Position numbers and translations under genes: made by a program. The notes below the pieces were generated by a model. The model saw only the letters and a list, made by a program, of their open reading frames with translations. It did no database searches and was not told where the DNA came from. A stretch of DNA of 63,556 bases, the filler included, from Rhabdomonas costata (Eukaryota), in assembly GCA_019059605.1 (NCBI GenBank). It is 41 parts of 41 records of this genome, joined end to end, with 100 filler letters (N's around TTAATTAATTAA, not from the genome) between each part and the next. Parts side by side here need not be neighbours in the genome. Positions count along the whole stretch, not along the records: positions 34,167 to 35,619 come from JAHMHO010015561.1; positions 35,720 to 37,172 come from JAHMHO010015562.1; positions 37,273 to 38,725 come from JAHMHO010015563.1; positions 38,826 to 40,277 come from JAHMHO010015564.1; positions 40,378 to 41,830 come from JAHMHO010015565.1; positions 41,931 to 43,383 come from JAHMHO010015566.1; positions 43,484 to 44,936 come from JAHMHO010015567.1; positions 45,037 to 46,487 come from JAHMHO010015568.1; 33 more parts are not named here. One strand, 5' to 3'. Of this stretch, positions 34,446 to 47,215 are shown piece by piece; the first letter of the stretch is position 1; each line of letters opens with the position of its first letter.

Positions 34446-35619
34446 CTTCCTTCTTGGCAATGCGGATGCCCTCCTCCAGCAGCCGCTTCTCGCGGGCCAG
34501 CTGGGTCAGGTAGATCGGGTCCTTGGGGTCGCCCCCGGCCTCAAGGTAGTTGTTGTGGTTGGAGTAGATCGTGTGCCCCTGTGGATCCGAGACAAAAATG
34601 AAAAGTTGAGAGAGGGCTTAAGGGAACTGTTGCAAGTTATCATCCAACTTGCATCTCCTGCCCACGGCATCTTCGAACATAGATCACGTGAACTAACGAA
34701 AAGACTTTGTACGACAGCAACAAACAGTCCAAGGTCCAAGGTCCGGCACAAAGCGATATTGTGATATCGTAGCTGGGCCTGACCCCGACAAGGCAGCATT
34801 TGTACGGCTTTCTGGAAAAGTAAATCAGCATATACCCACAGAAGTGTCACGTGACAAATGTGTCTACAACTTGTTGCAGGAAAGAGTCGGGCAGAGCAGT
34901 CTCACCCACAAAATGCACTTCTCACTTTGCCCTTTGACTGTCAACAACGTTCCAGTCGCTTCCGGTGCTTTGCTCTCATTCAGAATAAAGGAAAATTTTT
35001 CCGCGAAGGTGCCAAGGGCAAGGTCGCTCTAAAAACTCGCAAAAGCACTCTCAGCACACCACGTTCGGGTTGGCCCACCAAGGGGAATCCAAGGTGTATG
35101 CGAAAAACAGCGTCAACAAGTAGCAGAAGCCTGCACATACAGAAAAAGAAAACATGATGAAATTGGGTAGAGTTTTGGCGTGTTTTCTTGGGAGCGGCGA
35201 TCAAGATTGGCTGGAATCAATCGTGAACCCTGCTTTTCGAACCCATGAAAGCCCCGAGAAGTTGCACCTATGCCGTCCACGGCGAACGTGCTGCAGCAAC
35301 ATGTGAGCGTGTGAGTGAGAGAGTAAGAGTATGTGTGTGTCTGTTTTGGGCGCTGCCAGTAGCCTGGTCGACTGTTGGTGAGCGATGCGCACTGATGTCC
35401 ACGAGTGCTCGCGAGAGGTACCGTTGGAGCGAATGGTGCCGTATGCAAGCGGCGGGGGACGGCAAGCCCGGAAGACACACCGAAGAAGGCAAAGTATTGC
35501 ACAACGCTTTCCCACAGCGGCATCTGGTGGCCATGACAGTGCACGTCGAGAACCGTGCTCTCCAGGCTTCCCTCCTCGAAGTAGAGGTCGTAGTTAATGG
35601 GAATCTGAGAAACCCACAC
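34446..35619 (-). CDS. NDUFB8 (ASHI)-like mitochondrial complex I accessory subunit, three exons
   Basis: Exons 35619-35481, 35130-35060 and 34578-34446 splice in frame: QIPINYDLYF...VQYFAFFG|FCYLLTLFFAYTLDSPWWANPNV|GHTIYSNHNNYLEAGGDPKDP. One TM helix is followed by N.YLE.GGDP, as in NDUFB8. Confidence 0.65.
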
Positions 35620-36486
35620 NNNNNNNNNNNNNNNNNNNNNNNNNNNNNNNNNNNNNNNNNNNNTTAATTAATTAANNNNNNNNNNNNNNNNNNNNNNNNN
35701 NNNNNNNNNNNNNNNNNNNGTTGTTGTGTCATTGCATTGCACAGGATGCGGGGGGGTGTAGATATTTCCGGCGCCGCCTTGAAAGAAAAGACTTGGAAAA
35801 AGGTGCCGAATGGTTACTATTCGGACTTACAGGAGCTTCAAGGATAGCAAAAAACAGTCGCCTGTTGCACTGTTATTGGCTCTTGTGCGTTGAAAGGTTC
35901 TGCAACTTTTTGTTGGAGATACACACATCTTGTTCTGTAGATGTGCGGGTGAACTTATGTGGAACGTTCAGCCTCTCTTTTTGTCGACATGGCGTGCCAG
36001 ACCAGTGGAGGGCCAGTGCAAAGGAGAAGAGGGGTGGGAGAGGGATACCGTTATAGAAATTGGGACTTCCGAGGCCCCTTATTCCCAAGTAGAGGTTGGA
36101 GAGGGAGTATATAGTGTATAACGGTGTACGTTGCTTGGTTTCGGGAACTGGTGGGAGGGTTCAGTGGAGGACAATGTAATTTCATCTTTTTTTCCCGGCT
36201 TTTTCGTCGTTTGATTGTTTGATTGCGGTGTGGCCCGAGGTGATGGTTTCATGATCTTTCCCCGAAGCCCAAAAATACACTACGAAATTGCGTCGCGGGT
36301 TGTCGAAAGTACCGCAACTGACAATAATGCCTTGGGATGAGCGCCCGTGACGGGGCTTGTACTGACGAGAGATTGGGAGAGTGCGTGCTAAGGCGGATTC
36401 AGGTAGTGCCCACCACCACCAGTTGATGACCCTTCCATTGTAAGGACAGTGCGGGGCGTATGTTCCGTCATCTCTTCTCGTTGTAG

Positions 36487-36833
36487 TCGGTGAAGGCCGT
36501 GGCGATCAGCCGCACCAACCTGACCGAGGACCAGGTGAGTACTTTCTTTTCCGTTCCTTGCCTTTTTTTTTGGGGGGGGGGGGGTAAACACTAATTCTTC
36601 CTTGATCTCTCTTTCCTTTGTCTTCTATGGGCCCTGTGCAAATACTTTTATCGGTCAATACTTGGTCGTAGTGCATGCCGTTTACATATTCGGTTACATA
36701 TTCGGGTCTCCTACAGCTTTTTTCTCTGTTTCTACAGGTGGACCTCTGCTTTGTCCCTCGCTTCCGCACCCTAACTCTCGACGACGACCGCCGCAGCGCC
36801 ATTGAGCTGCTGCTCGTGCCCCTCCGAGCCTAA
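36487..36833 (+). CDS. C-terminal two exons of an unknown protein
   Basis: Exons 36487-36534 (TAG / GTGAGT) and 36738-36833 (CAG ... TAA) read SVKAVAISRTNLTEDQ|VDLCFVPRFRTLTLDDDRRSAIELLLVPLRA*. Confidence 0.5.
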
Positions 36834-37296
36834 CCTCTCTCGCTCTCCCAAACTCTCAAACCGCATTCACACCCCAATGGCACACCTCCCCGCTCCATTA
36901 GTCACAGCTCTCTGCCCAAAACCTCCCAAACCCCCCTCGGCTTCAGCCTCCCCTGCCTTCTCCCTCCTTTACCTCTTCCTACGGAGATCACTCCCGGTTT
37001 TTTTTGCCTTCCCTTCCCTTCCTAGCTCCTTTGACTGCTTTTCCCACCCTCACCTCCTCTTGTCCTTCCAAGTAGCACCGTCGTCCCCCTTCCCTGGTAC
37101 AACGTACAACCTCAGAAGCACCGCTGACGTTGAATTCCAACCTACCATCCATTCCCTCTTTTCACCCACAACNNNNNNNNNNNNNNNNNNNNNNNNNNNN
37201 NNNNNNNNNNNNNNNNTTAATTAATTAANNNNNNNNNNNNNNNNNNNNNNNNNNNNNNNNNNNNNNNNNNNNTGTTTGGAGTTCCGACGGAGTGAC

Positions 37297-38725
37297 CTGG
37301 GAAGTACAGCAGGCTATCCCGAATCCAAGTCACTCCGTCGGAACTCCAAACGACCTGGATTGTAGAATAAGCACCCGTGGGAAGGCACAGAATCAGTAAC
37401 GGAACGTTACAAAAGGGAAACAGTGGATTTAGAACACACTGATAAGGGAAAATCAGCAATGGTCAGCACACCAAAAGGCGCGCATCCACATCGAGGACTG
37501 CGTCGACGTGCTTTTCTCCTTATATTCGCTGTAATACGGATCAGTGAAGAGAATAATGGGTTGGGTTGGCTCTGATACTTGAGTGCGGCCAGCAGTTGGT
37601 CCGCTGGTTCCGCCGACGGACTCCGCCGGCTCGGCTCGTCCTCTGGTGGTGGACAGTAATCGGATTTTTCTCTGTTTAAATAAGGTGCATGCCAGTTTGC
37701 CCAATACAATTCATTGCTATAGCGCTTTCCTTCTTTTAGGTATTGCACCCCTTGGCGGTTTTGCTCTGCAGTCACTTCCCTGCCCGTTATCTTCTTGTTA
37801 CCCTACCCCCATCCTTTCCGATTTACAGTTTCTGCTTTTGCTGTATCGGTATTATTTTGCTGAATTAAATTTTTCCTTTCCTTTCATGCAATCTGCTCCT
37901 GCCCATCTTTCCCCACTACTTCGATGCCTGAGCCTCTCTCTCTCTCTCTTGGATGGCCATTGCCTCCTTGCACCAAATGCGCTTGCTGGTTTGTGCTCAT
38001 CCCGCATTTTTTGGACTAGCTTCCTCAGAAAAGAAGCTAAAGAAGCTTTATTCCCCTTTTATCACCCGACACGGGTTCACCGCAACAACCTGGCCGAAAG
38101 CTCGAAAATTGTCCGAGGAAACGGCAAATTGGGCTGGAGGGCGATCAGCTTGGGGTCTGGCGAGCCTTTTCCGAGCGTATCAATGATGTGGGCATGACAG
38201 CAGCAAAGAAATGCCGGTCTGTTCATTTTGTTAGGGATCGGTCAATTTTTCCGCGGCACAAATTTTTACGTTTGACCCCACGTGTATCAATAAATATGCA
38301 ATAGAGGGAAGTGCTATAAAGAAGCAACAATGTGGAAATTTCAATCCGTGCTAGACGCAACATGGCGAAAATCTGACCCAAAGAGCGGTCCGGACCGAAA
38401 CCGAACCGGTGCTGGAGCAGCAACCACCAAGAATGCATCAAAGCGGGGTAGGGTATTGGGGGTGCGGAAGTCGGTCTCGTTGCGGAGGGGTGGTCATACG
38501 TCGTTGAGCGCGTTGTCTGTACCCTCTCCAAAGCCCGCGACGACCCACAGGCTACCGTTGAGAACAGCCAGCCCGAAGAATGCTCGAGCGGGAAACGCAC
38601 CGTCCGCCGTCCGCGTCCAGTTGCCCCCGGCAAGGCTGTTGCTGCACCACACGTCACTGAACGTCACAGCGTCCAAGTCGCTGTTAAGGGTCCGCCCCGC
38701 CACAACCCACAGTCGGTTCTGCCAA
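37297..38725 (-). CDS. Kelch-type beta-propeller protein fragment, two exons
   Basis: Exon 38725-38500 reads NRLWVVAG...SDVWCS...W...FPARAFFGLAVLNGSLWVVAG...LND, ending at a GTATG donor. Exon 37354-~37297 reads VVWSSDGVTW. Confidence 0.75.
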
Positions 38726-41296
38726 NNNNNNNNNNNNNNNNNNNNNNNNNNNNNNNNNNNNNNNNNNNNTTAATTAATTAANNNNNNNNNNNNNNNNNNN
38801 NNNNNNNNNNNNNNNNNNNNNNNNNAACCCGGACACACAGCTTCCAGTTATCTCGTAAAATGCAGAACCCCTTATTTTCTGGTAAATCAAAGGGTATTTG
38901 TTTATTGCCTCCCCAACATGAAAGTCCGTGCAAGTAGGTTTCAGAATCTTTTATTTGCACATCTCTTCAGCGATGGAACCGCACCAAATGCTACAGATCT
39001 TATGTCTTACTTGGAGTGCACGTCAAGAAAGAAACGCACAACTAACAAAGAAATCAAATGAACGTTCTCCTCTTCTCTTTGCATCTGTGCGGCTGTTGTG
39101 TGCGCCGGACTTTGAACACTGGTGTGTCAAATCAAATGAATGTTTCAAGATCTCTACCAGACTGCAAGGAGAGCAAACAAAGAGGAAGCTTGGTGAGGGC
39201 TGTAAAGTTTAGCGCGGAGGCAGCCGAAGAGATCCGTGCGGAAGACCCACACACGGCCGTTGAAAGGCTGAGCTAACATGGCCTTCAATTTCCCTGGAGA
39301 CCTCGCGGTGACACTTCTTTTAGAAATGGAAGACCAGCTTTCTTTTAAGTTGGGCTAGACCATGAACACCACAAACGACAAGGATGACACAGGATGAAAA
39401 CTGCTGCACATACTAAAGACCTCAGACCTGCTTCGGCTTTGCCCTCATAAAAACAAGCCCCCTTATTTCCCAGACAATTGCGGTGATGCGCATCTGCACA
39501 CACCACGTCCTCTTGGCTGCGCCGCAGCTGTGCTCGGAGCGCGGCATTCTCCTCTTGCAGGGATGCCCGTCCCCCCGGGGAGAGGGCCCTAGCACCCTAA
39601 GCGATTGCGGAGTACTGGAGCCCTCCACTGGGGACGCGCCTTCAGCTGCTGGTAGTGGTGGCAGACCGCTCGACCTGTAGACGCCAGGAAAACAAATAAG
39701 CACATCACCAATGTTTCAATATAAATGTCACCAACAGTGACCCAGACAAACAGGGTACTTGCTCTCACAGATTGCAACAGTGCAGGGAATAGGAAATGAG
39801 GAGAAGATGCCGAAACAACAAGGTTTCAATATTGCCGAAGACGGCGCCAGCCGGCTCTTTAATTGCTAAAGTACCGCTCCGGGCACCTGCTCCCTCCAGT
39901 CCCAATCCCCACAGAACGGAGGACCCACCGTCCCCGCGGAATAATTTCCTCCGAATATGAAAATCCGAGAAACAAAGCGCGCCCGTGGCAAACAGAACTC
40001 TTCCGCAAACCCGCTGGAAATGCAGCCTTGCCGAAGGATCCAATGCCACTCACCTGAGAGCTTCGCAAGTTGGTGCTTCCTTTTTAGTGGCTTGAGCTTG
40101 GGGGCACACAGAGCACCTCAGCAACTGTTGAGGAAATAGCGGTCAAGGAAATACTGATGCATTGTGCAGTTTTCCCCAAGAGGTTCCTCTTCTGTACAAC
40201 TCTCTTTTCCTCATCCTTGTCTTTTCGTGACCTCCAGCGTGCGTTGACTAAGCAGATTCCAATATGGTGCAAAAAAANNNNNNNNNNNNNNNNNNNNNNN
40301 NNNNNNNNNNNNNNNNNNNNNTTAATTAATTAANNNNNNNNNNNNNNNNNNNNNNNNNNNNNNNNNNNNNNNNNNNNGTTGGTTTTTATCTCCAGCCAGA
40401 TTCCTCGTCATCGTTTGATAAGAATTAATTGTACCCGCTGAACCAAGGACTGGAGTTTGCCCACCAATTTGGACAAGAAAAACAGCACAGTACTATGGGA
40501 GTTGGCATATTTATATGGAAGAGAGGGAGAGACGCGGAAGGGTTGGTGTACAGAAGCAATGCGTGCACAGAACACAATAAGATGCAAAGTAAGGCACATA
40601 GCAGAAACAAAATCTGCACAACCCAGAAAAGCCAGAATTGAAAAACGAATCCTTTAATCTTGTTTTTCCTCTCTCTCTCTCTTTAAAACGCCTCAACATA
40701 AAAATAGAAGCGGACAGATCACAGTGAAAAAGATGCATTGGGAGGGCAAAAGTTGGTCGTCGACCTTTCCCTCCTTTCTCTGTAGCGGTTGCTCTTTCGC
40801 CCCACTCGAGACGAGAAAAAAGAACAAAAAAGATCGTTATCAGCAAACCAAAACCTGCACCACCTCTTTCACTTATTGTCGTCCTAAAATCCCTCGTGGG
40901 TGGTGGCATCCTCCATGCTTAGCTGATCAAAAGTTAACCTCTCTGGCAAGTGATGGCTGTTTGGGATTGGAAATTTACACTTGGACTTGTTGGAAATTTA
41001 CGGCGGAAAAAGATTTGAAATTGCCATGTCGCTAGTTGCTGTATGTTTGTTTAAACGCAAGCGTTGTTCTTCCTGACAGTGTTGGGCACCATTCTGTTTC
41101 TGTTTGTTTCCAGTGGCGGCACTTTCTTTTCCTCACGACATTTTTTTGGGCGTGCTCTGTCAACCTTGGCGTCCATTGCGACACGCTTTGCCATCCGATT
41201 TAGTTCGTGGGTGTATCGAAGGCTTTCCCTGGTGCGGCCCCATAGGCAACCTCTGTGACTTGTGAGCAGTGTCCTTGGGGTGGTCGGTAAGGGCCC

Positions 41297-41500
41297 ATGA
41301 GCTCCTGCACACCCGTCCCCGTCACCAACAACACCGCGGATGGCTTTGGGTCGGGTGGGGCGGAGAGCTGGGTGCTGGCGAACTTTGTGTGGGCGATCAT
41401 CTCGGCCGCCGTTGCAAGCATCCTGGCCGCCCTGGTCAGCTTCCGCACCATTGACAAGCACATCCGCTGGAACCCGCACGCCGTGCTGCGCTCCTACGTG
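41297..41500 (+). CDS. TMEM184/OST-alpha family transporter, first exon
   Basis: M...WAIISAAVASILAALVSFRTIDKHIRWNPHAVLRSYV followed by GT. The TM helix followed by S...I..H....P...R.Y(I/V) is typical of the organic solute transporter alpha family. Confidence 0.65.
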
Positions 41501-42182
41501 GTTTTTTGCCCTTTCCACTTCCCACCGTGTACCACCAGTTACGCGTCTGGTTTTTTTAATGAACTGGTTGAAGTGATCTAACCGAGATTTCTATGCTGCC
41601 CACTCGGGCGCCAGTGTGCAGTACTCGTGGGCCCCAGCCGTTAAACCCAGCATAAAGGTGTGATGCCCGTGCTAAGTTGCTGCGGCTCTGTTTTTTGGTA
41701 CCAGGGCCCACGCGGTGAAAGGAGTGCCCCCCTCCCCCCGATTTCCGGGGCCCTCTTCACGATTGGTGCACAGGTCGGCAGACGAGGGCAAGACGGAAGC
41801 TGCTAAAAGACCCCACCGCACCCCAAAACCNNNNNNNNNNNNNNNNNNNNNNNNNNNNNNNNNNNNNNNNNNNNTTAATTAATTAANNNNNNNNNNNNNN
41901 NNNNNNNNNNNNNNNNNNNNNNNNNNNNNNTTGTTGTGTTGCTTATCAACGAAAAAGGAGTGTCGTGCAGATTCAAATTGGAGTGGATTTGTGATCGAGG
42001 GATGGCACGAGCAGCGCACTGGATCTTCACGACAAGGCAGCAAAGACACGGGACATCTCGATGTCTCATGAGGAGTAGGTCACCAGAAAAGCGCCTGGCT
42101 AATCTTCCCCCACCCCACCCCACAAAAAAAAGGGCAAGTAATCGTATTCGCAAACACACAAGGAATCAAACAGAAAGGCGAC

Positions 42183-42529
42183 CATGTCTCGCTCCACGCT
42201 GTTGAAGAAGAGAAAGCACGGGTGGCCCACAACGTTATCCATGTCCGAGGTCGAGATGGAGGACGCGCCGCTTCGGTGTACACGCTGCGGGCCATCCTCA
42301 ACCTATAGATACAGGAGGCCCCGTACGTACCCTTCCCCTTCCAAGCCGAAAGAAAGGTTTCAAAGTCGAAATTCTTATCCCTGAACTGACCACGCATTCG
42401 CGGGATGCGTAGGGGCGGGGTGGGGGAAACACGGGTCGGTGGGCAACCGTCAGAAAATGCAGCGTGGAGGTCGATCCACCAGCCAGGCAACGCAGGAAAA
42501 TGGAGAGCAAGTAGGTCTGCAGGTAGTTC
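42183..42529 (-). CDS. Two in-frame exons of an unknown protein
   Basis: Exons 42529-42448 (NYLQTYLLSIFLRCLAGGSTSTLHFLT) and 42302-42183 (VEDGPQR...HPCFLFFNSVERDM), with canonical sites. Confidence 0.4.
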
Positions 42530-44105
42530 CTGTGCAAGATGCGGAAAGAGTGGGATGACATGGGGATGGGGCGAAGCGACCATTGACACATCCACCAGCA
42601 AACAGAAATAGGAGGATGCGAGAAGCCACGGGAGACGCGAGGGAGGAGGCGCCAGGGTTCACGCATTCACAATAAAAGAGCAGAGCAAGAGTAACAGAGC
42701 GAGATGGAAGACATTTGACGAGTGCGCCCCGCAAGCCACGCGAAGGTGATCTCTCCAGGCTCGGAGGCGCTCGTGTGCGGAAAGTAGGTCATCACAAGGG
42801 ACTCTGCGCAGGAGCATTGACAAAAGAATTGGCTTTACCCTCGAAACCTCATCCACCCCACCCCGCCCCACCCGCACTGATTTGTGTGGATAGCTGACCA
42901 GGGGGATGTTTATCTGATGGTTCAGCGTGTTCTGCTACAGCCTGAATCCCGGGCGACAGCAGTTTGTGACTTTTCCTCGCAGGGTCGTGATGAAGAGCGG
43001 GGTATTATGCTCGAAGAACGAACGCTGCATTGAGTGACAAGTCCGTTTATATGTGCTGCCAATCGCTCAACGTTGTGGCACGATGTCATAACCCCAATGC
43101 TCGCTGAATAGGACGTCTAGGGGCTTCCGTACCGGGCCCTAGGGGAATCGAGCCTCGGAGGGAACCACTCACACGCACGCGCCTCACGTTCCGCCTCATC
43201 TGCGAGTCCCAAAACTTTGCAACGTACCCGTATATAGTATGCCAATTGGCAGCTTGTTGGCCACAGGACTATATAATAGGGGATGCCACTGGTCAGCCTG
43301 TAGCCCATGGACGAATTGAGCCGCTTGAGAGGGGTCCTCCCAGTGGCCCTATCTAGCCTGGCCGCCGCAGCACACCCACCCCCNNNNNNNNNNNNNNNNN
43401 NNNNNNNNNNNNNNNNNNNNNNNNNNNTTAATTAATTAANNNNNNNNNNNNNNNNNNNNNNNNNNNNNNNNNNNNNNNNNNNNGTTTGGAAAAAGGCAGA
43501 ACCCGGTGAAGCAGGGCGTTGCCATGATGCATGGAATGAAGTGAGGGAACCAGGAGTCAGCGCAGCATGGCTGCAGCAGTATACCAAAGTTAGTTGGTGG
43601 TGGACAGGTTCCACAGGATGGATGTGAAAAAAATGTCAGTTCCAGCTGACCAACAGTGTTTCTGGAGCGCATAGAAAAGATATCAGTCTCACTTTCGAAG
43701 GACTCCAAGGATGCAGGAGGCCTAGTCATCGTGGCGCTGGTGCTGGCGCTGATTCTGAAAGTGCAAAAGTCAAGGGGGAGGGAACAAACCCAGGAATGGG
43801 CACACTACGTAGCCCCATTTGAACTGTGCTGATGTTGTGTGCCGGACTTTGAACACTGGACAATGATGTTGTCACGTAGCCCCACCTTCAGACATTCAAT
43901 GACATCCAAATGGTCGGACTACCACAGCAAACCTTGGGAGAGAGGGACAGAAAGGGTCCAGAAAGTCCTGAGAGGCTTGGACTGAAGACGCGGTGCCAGA
44001 TTGCGCTCTGTTGGGCAAAGCGAGCAGCCGATCAACGACAGGACAGCTAAATTGTGTCCACGCCACTCATCCCACAGTGCACGCAGTCTCCCACTCAGGG
44101 CATGC

Positions 44106-44706
44106 CGTGATGGTGGGCTTGGAGCCGCGATCCAGGTAAATCCCCTGGGCTGTGATGTCCTCCAGAATGTTGTCCTCGACGACAGTCTCTTTGCACCTTG
44201 ACCCCGCGAAAGAGGTGCAAGAGGTGCAGATGGATGGAAAAAGCAGCCCCTGACTCGCGTAAAATGGCGGATCCATAGGAGTTCAGGATGGATCGCTGAT
44301 GGTTCTGACAGTGAACAATTCCTCGTAACCGATACATTTAGGCTGTCTAATTTGCCCTTTCTCTTCTTTACCATGTCCGAGTCCTTAACGACTGACTGGT
44401 GGCCGGTTTAAAACGGCCCCCGGCAGCCTTCATTCTATGGTGGTGAGAACGGTGGACAGTCCAGCAATCGATGGCATTTGATGAGCTTTTGATTTAATGA
44501 GATTTTTCATTGCCAATTTGAGCGGAAAAAGAAAGCGGATCCGGCGTGGGTGTTTTCACACCCATTGCATGCGTACACCCCAATCATCGTCTTGGAGATG
44601 GTGTTCCCCCGGATCTGCGCGGCACCGGCGTTGTCCAGAAAAAACCCCACGCTGTCGCGCAGGCCTTGGCCGGCCATTGTGTTGCCCTCCAGCAAACCCA
44701 GCCCAC
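44106..44706 (-). CDS. Right-handed parallel beta-helix (PbH1/CASH) repeat protein, two exons
   Basis: Exons 44706-44562 (LLEGNTM...VGFFLDNAGAAQIRGNTISKTMIGVYACNG) and 44196-44106 (CKETVVEDNILEDITAQGIYLDRGSKPTIT). Confidence 0.75.
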
Positions 44707-45113
44707 CTGTGTATGCAAATGGAGCCGCTCTCCACTCATACTACAAAGGTCACAACCAAAAGACACGTTGAAAAACTGGCGGGAAGAACTGGTGGGCTCG
44801 TCAGCTATGCTCAGTTGTGCATGCAAGCAATCAGAGACGTATTACAATGACCACAGTGCGTTCATACTGTGATAACGTGTGCTTCCTTCCCTTCCAAACA
44901 AACAAACAAAACATAACAAAACATAACAAAACAAAANNNNNNNNNNNNNNNNNNNNNNNNNNNNNNNNNNNNNNNNNNNNTTAATTAATTAANNNNNNNN
45001 NNNNNNNNNNNNNNNNNNNNNNNNNNNNNNNNNNNNGTGTGGGGTGGTACGAATACGAAATGGTGCGCAACGACGGAAAAAAAAGAAAAGGCGGAGGAAA
45101 AAACAGTACCCAC

Positions 45114-45209
45114 CGCTTCACGGGCGAGTGCCTCGCTGAGCGCCGCATCTTTGGCGGAAAGATCCGCTCGACAGGCCCGGAGCTCCCTCTGCACCCCGTC
45201 CGCAGATTC
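45114..45209 (-). CDS. Coiled-coil exon
   Basis: 96-nt exon between CAG and GTGGG, reading ESADGVQRELRACRADLSAKDAALSEALAREA. Confidence 0.4.
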
Positions 45210-46816
45210 CTGAAATTTCTAAAAGTGGGCGCGAGAATGCAAGGGGGAGCTGCACGGGCGAACCACAACACTGCGCACTTCCACACCAGCACAAATCGAC
45301 AGGTGCAAAAAACGTGGGAATAGCGGATGGGGAGTGCATGGGGGAGTAGACCAGCGACTGGAGAGCATTATCTAGGGAGTTCCAAAACCAGTCGTGGAGC
45401 GCAACTGCTGTTGAACTAAAACGTGCTGCTGGGTATACAAAGCTTTTCAACAAAAAAAGGAAAAGTGCGACTGCAAATAAGGCCCCGGGATTCAATTGGG
45501 AAAATTAGTAAAGCAGGCGAAGACCAGACGCGGTGCGGCCGGAACCAACCCACTCCCACTCCCGAGTTGTATCCACACCCACCTTTGCCACATCTCGACT
45601 TCCCTCCCCAGACATTTTGGTTCACGTCCGTGAACTAGAGGGGTGGTTCACGGGGGGGGGGGGCGAGTTTCAGCCTAAGCCCGCATTTGATGACAAGCGA
45701 ACTTTATCTTCGGCAACCTCGCTGCCTGGATGCTGCCCGTGTCTCTGGAGGTTCCGGCTTTATCTCATAGTAACGCACCATTCACCTTTCCTTCCATCCA
45801 TATGTGTGTGTGTGTGCGCAACATCGCGTGGCAAAGGAATGCAAGCACATAAACCTACCAGGGCTGCTGGGTGAGGGAGAGCTTCCAGTCGAGGAGGAGG
45901 AGGTGGTGGAGCAGGAGGAGGAGGGCTGCGGGACAGGATCTCCGCAGCGGAGATGACTTCCCCGGGTAGCGGGGGATTCTTTGCAATTTTGTGAAGCCCA
46001 CCGCAAGCTTGCACATACATGTACCCACATACTCGTACCACACTGAGTAGGGTGCAAAAGGCAGATGGTAGGGCTCTTGTAAGCCAACTGGAAGCGGCGG
46101 CTCGCATGTTTTCCACGAAGTCGGCGGATTATACTTTGAAGAGAGAAAATCAGGAACGGCAGCGGGGGGGGGGGTTCACCGTTATCATTAATTTAGGGGT
46201 AGGTGACATCGTTTACTAACTGTCCTAAAAAAACATCCCACAAAGTTCAATTTAAAAAGGCTCCTCTCCATAGTAAAAAAGGGCGAATACTTCCGAAACT
46301 TTCTGGCACTCCTTGCCCGAGGGCTGGACCTGAAAGTATAGTACTCCAGCTGAAATTCCTTCTTACCCAATGCCCTTCCCTTGCTCCCTTATTAAGTCTC
46401 CAGGAGACCCCAAAAAGAGTCAAATTTGACCTAAAACGACCGTAAAAAATTTGAAAGGCAGGACTCCACATGACCCGCCATGGAGCANNNNNNNNNNNNN
46501 NNNNNNNNNNNNNNNNNNNNNNNNNNNNNNNTTAATTAATTAANNNNNNNNNNNNNNNNNNNNNNNNNNNNNNNNNNNNNNNNNNNNTGTTTTTGGTCCA
46601 ACTTGGTAGCACCGCACAAAATTACCGCAGCCAAAGCAACGTACCACGGATTCCCTTCTATCTCGAAGAAAAATCCAACAAGAACCAAGAAACCAAGAAA
46701 CCAAGAAACCAAGAAATTTCTCTCGTAGGGTTCCTGCAGTTGCCGCAGTTGCCGTGCTGTAGGAAGCAAGCTTCAAAGCAAAGCTATGCAAGCTGCAGCA
46801 CTGTTACAAGAGCTAC

Positions 46817-47215
46817 CTCCATCCCAATGACGAAGTCGACATAGGGCCTCAGCCCGTCCTTCTCGGCATTGGAACCCGGCTCCACCTCCAGGATGCGCCA
46901 CGCACAGAGAAAAGCTCGATCAATGTTCTCCCACGTGATGGAGCACCCTAGCACCCCTTGGCCGCCCCAGTGGTCGTTCGGGGTGATCGGTACCCGGCGG
47001 ACGTTCTTGACCCTGGTGTTGAACACCTCCAGGACCATGCTTTGTTGGAGATGTTCTCTTAGGTGCTCCTTGAAAAAGGGTCCGTCCTCTTCAATGGCAA
47101 CTCCGTCGACCCCGATGATGAAGTCAAAGAACGGCAGGAGACCCGCTGCATGGGCAGGAGAATTCATGATGACTCGAGAAATTTGATACCCACATTTACT
47201 CTCTTCAGCACCCAT
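46817..47215 (-). CDS. GORASP: Golgi reassembly-stacking protein GRASP55/65, first coding exon
   Basis: MGAEES (myristoylation-type start)...GYQISRV..NSPAHAAGLLPFFDFII...WGGQGVLGCSI...WRILEVEPGSNA...GLRPYVDFVIG, then GTAGC. Confidence 0.92.
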
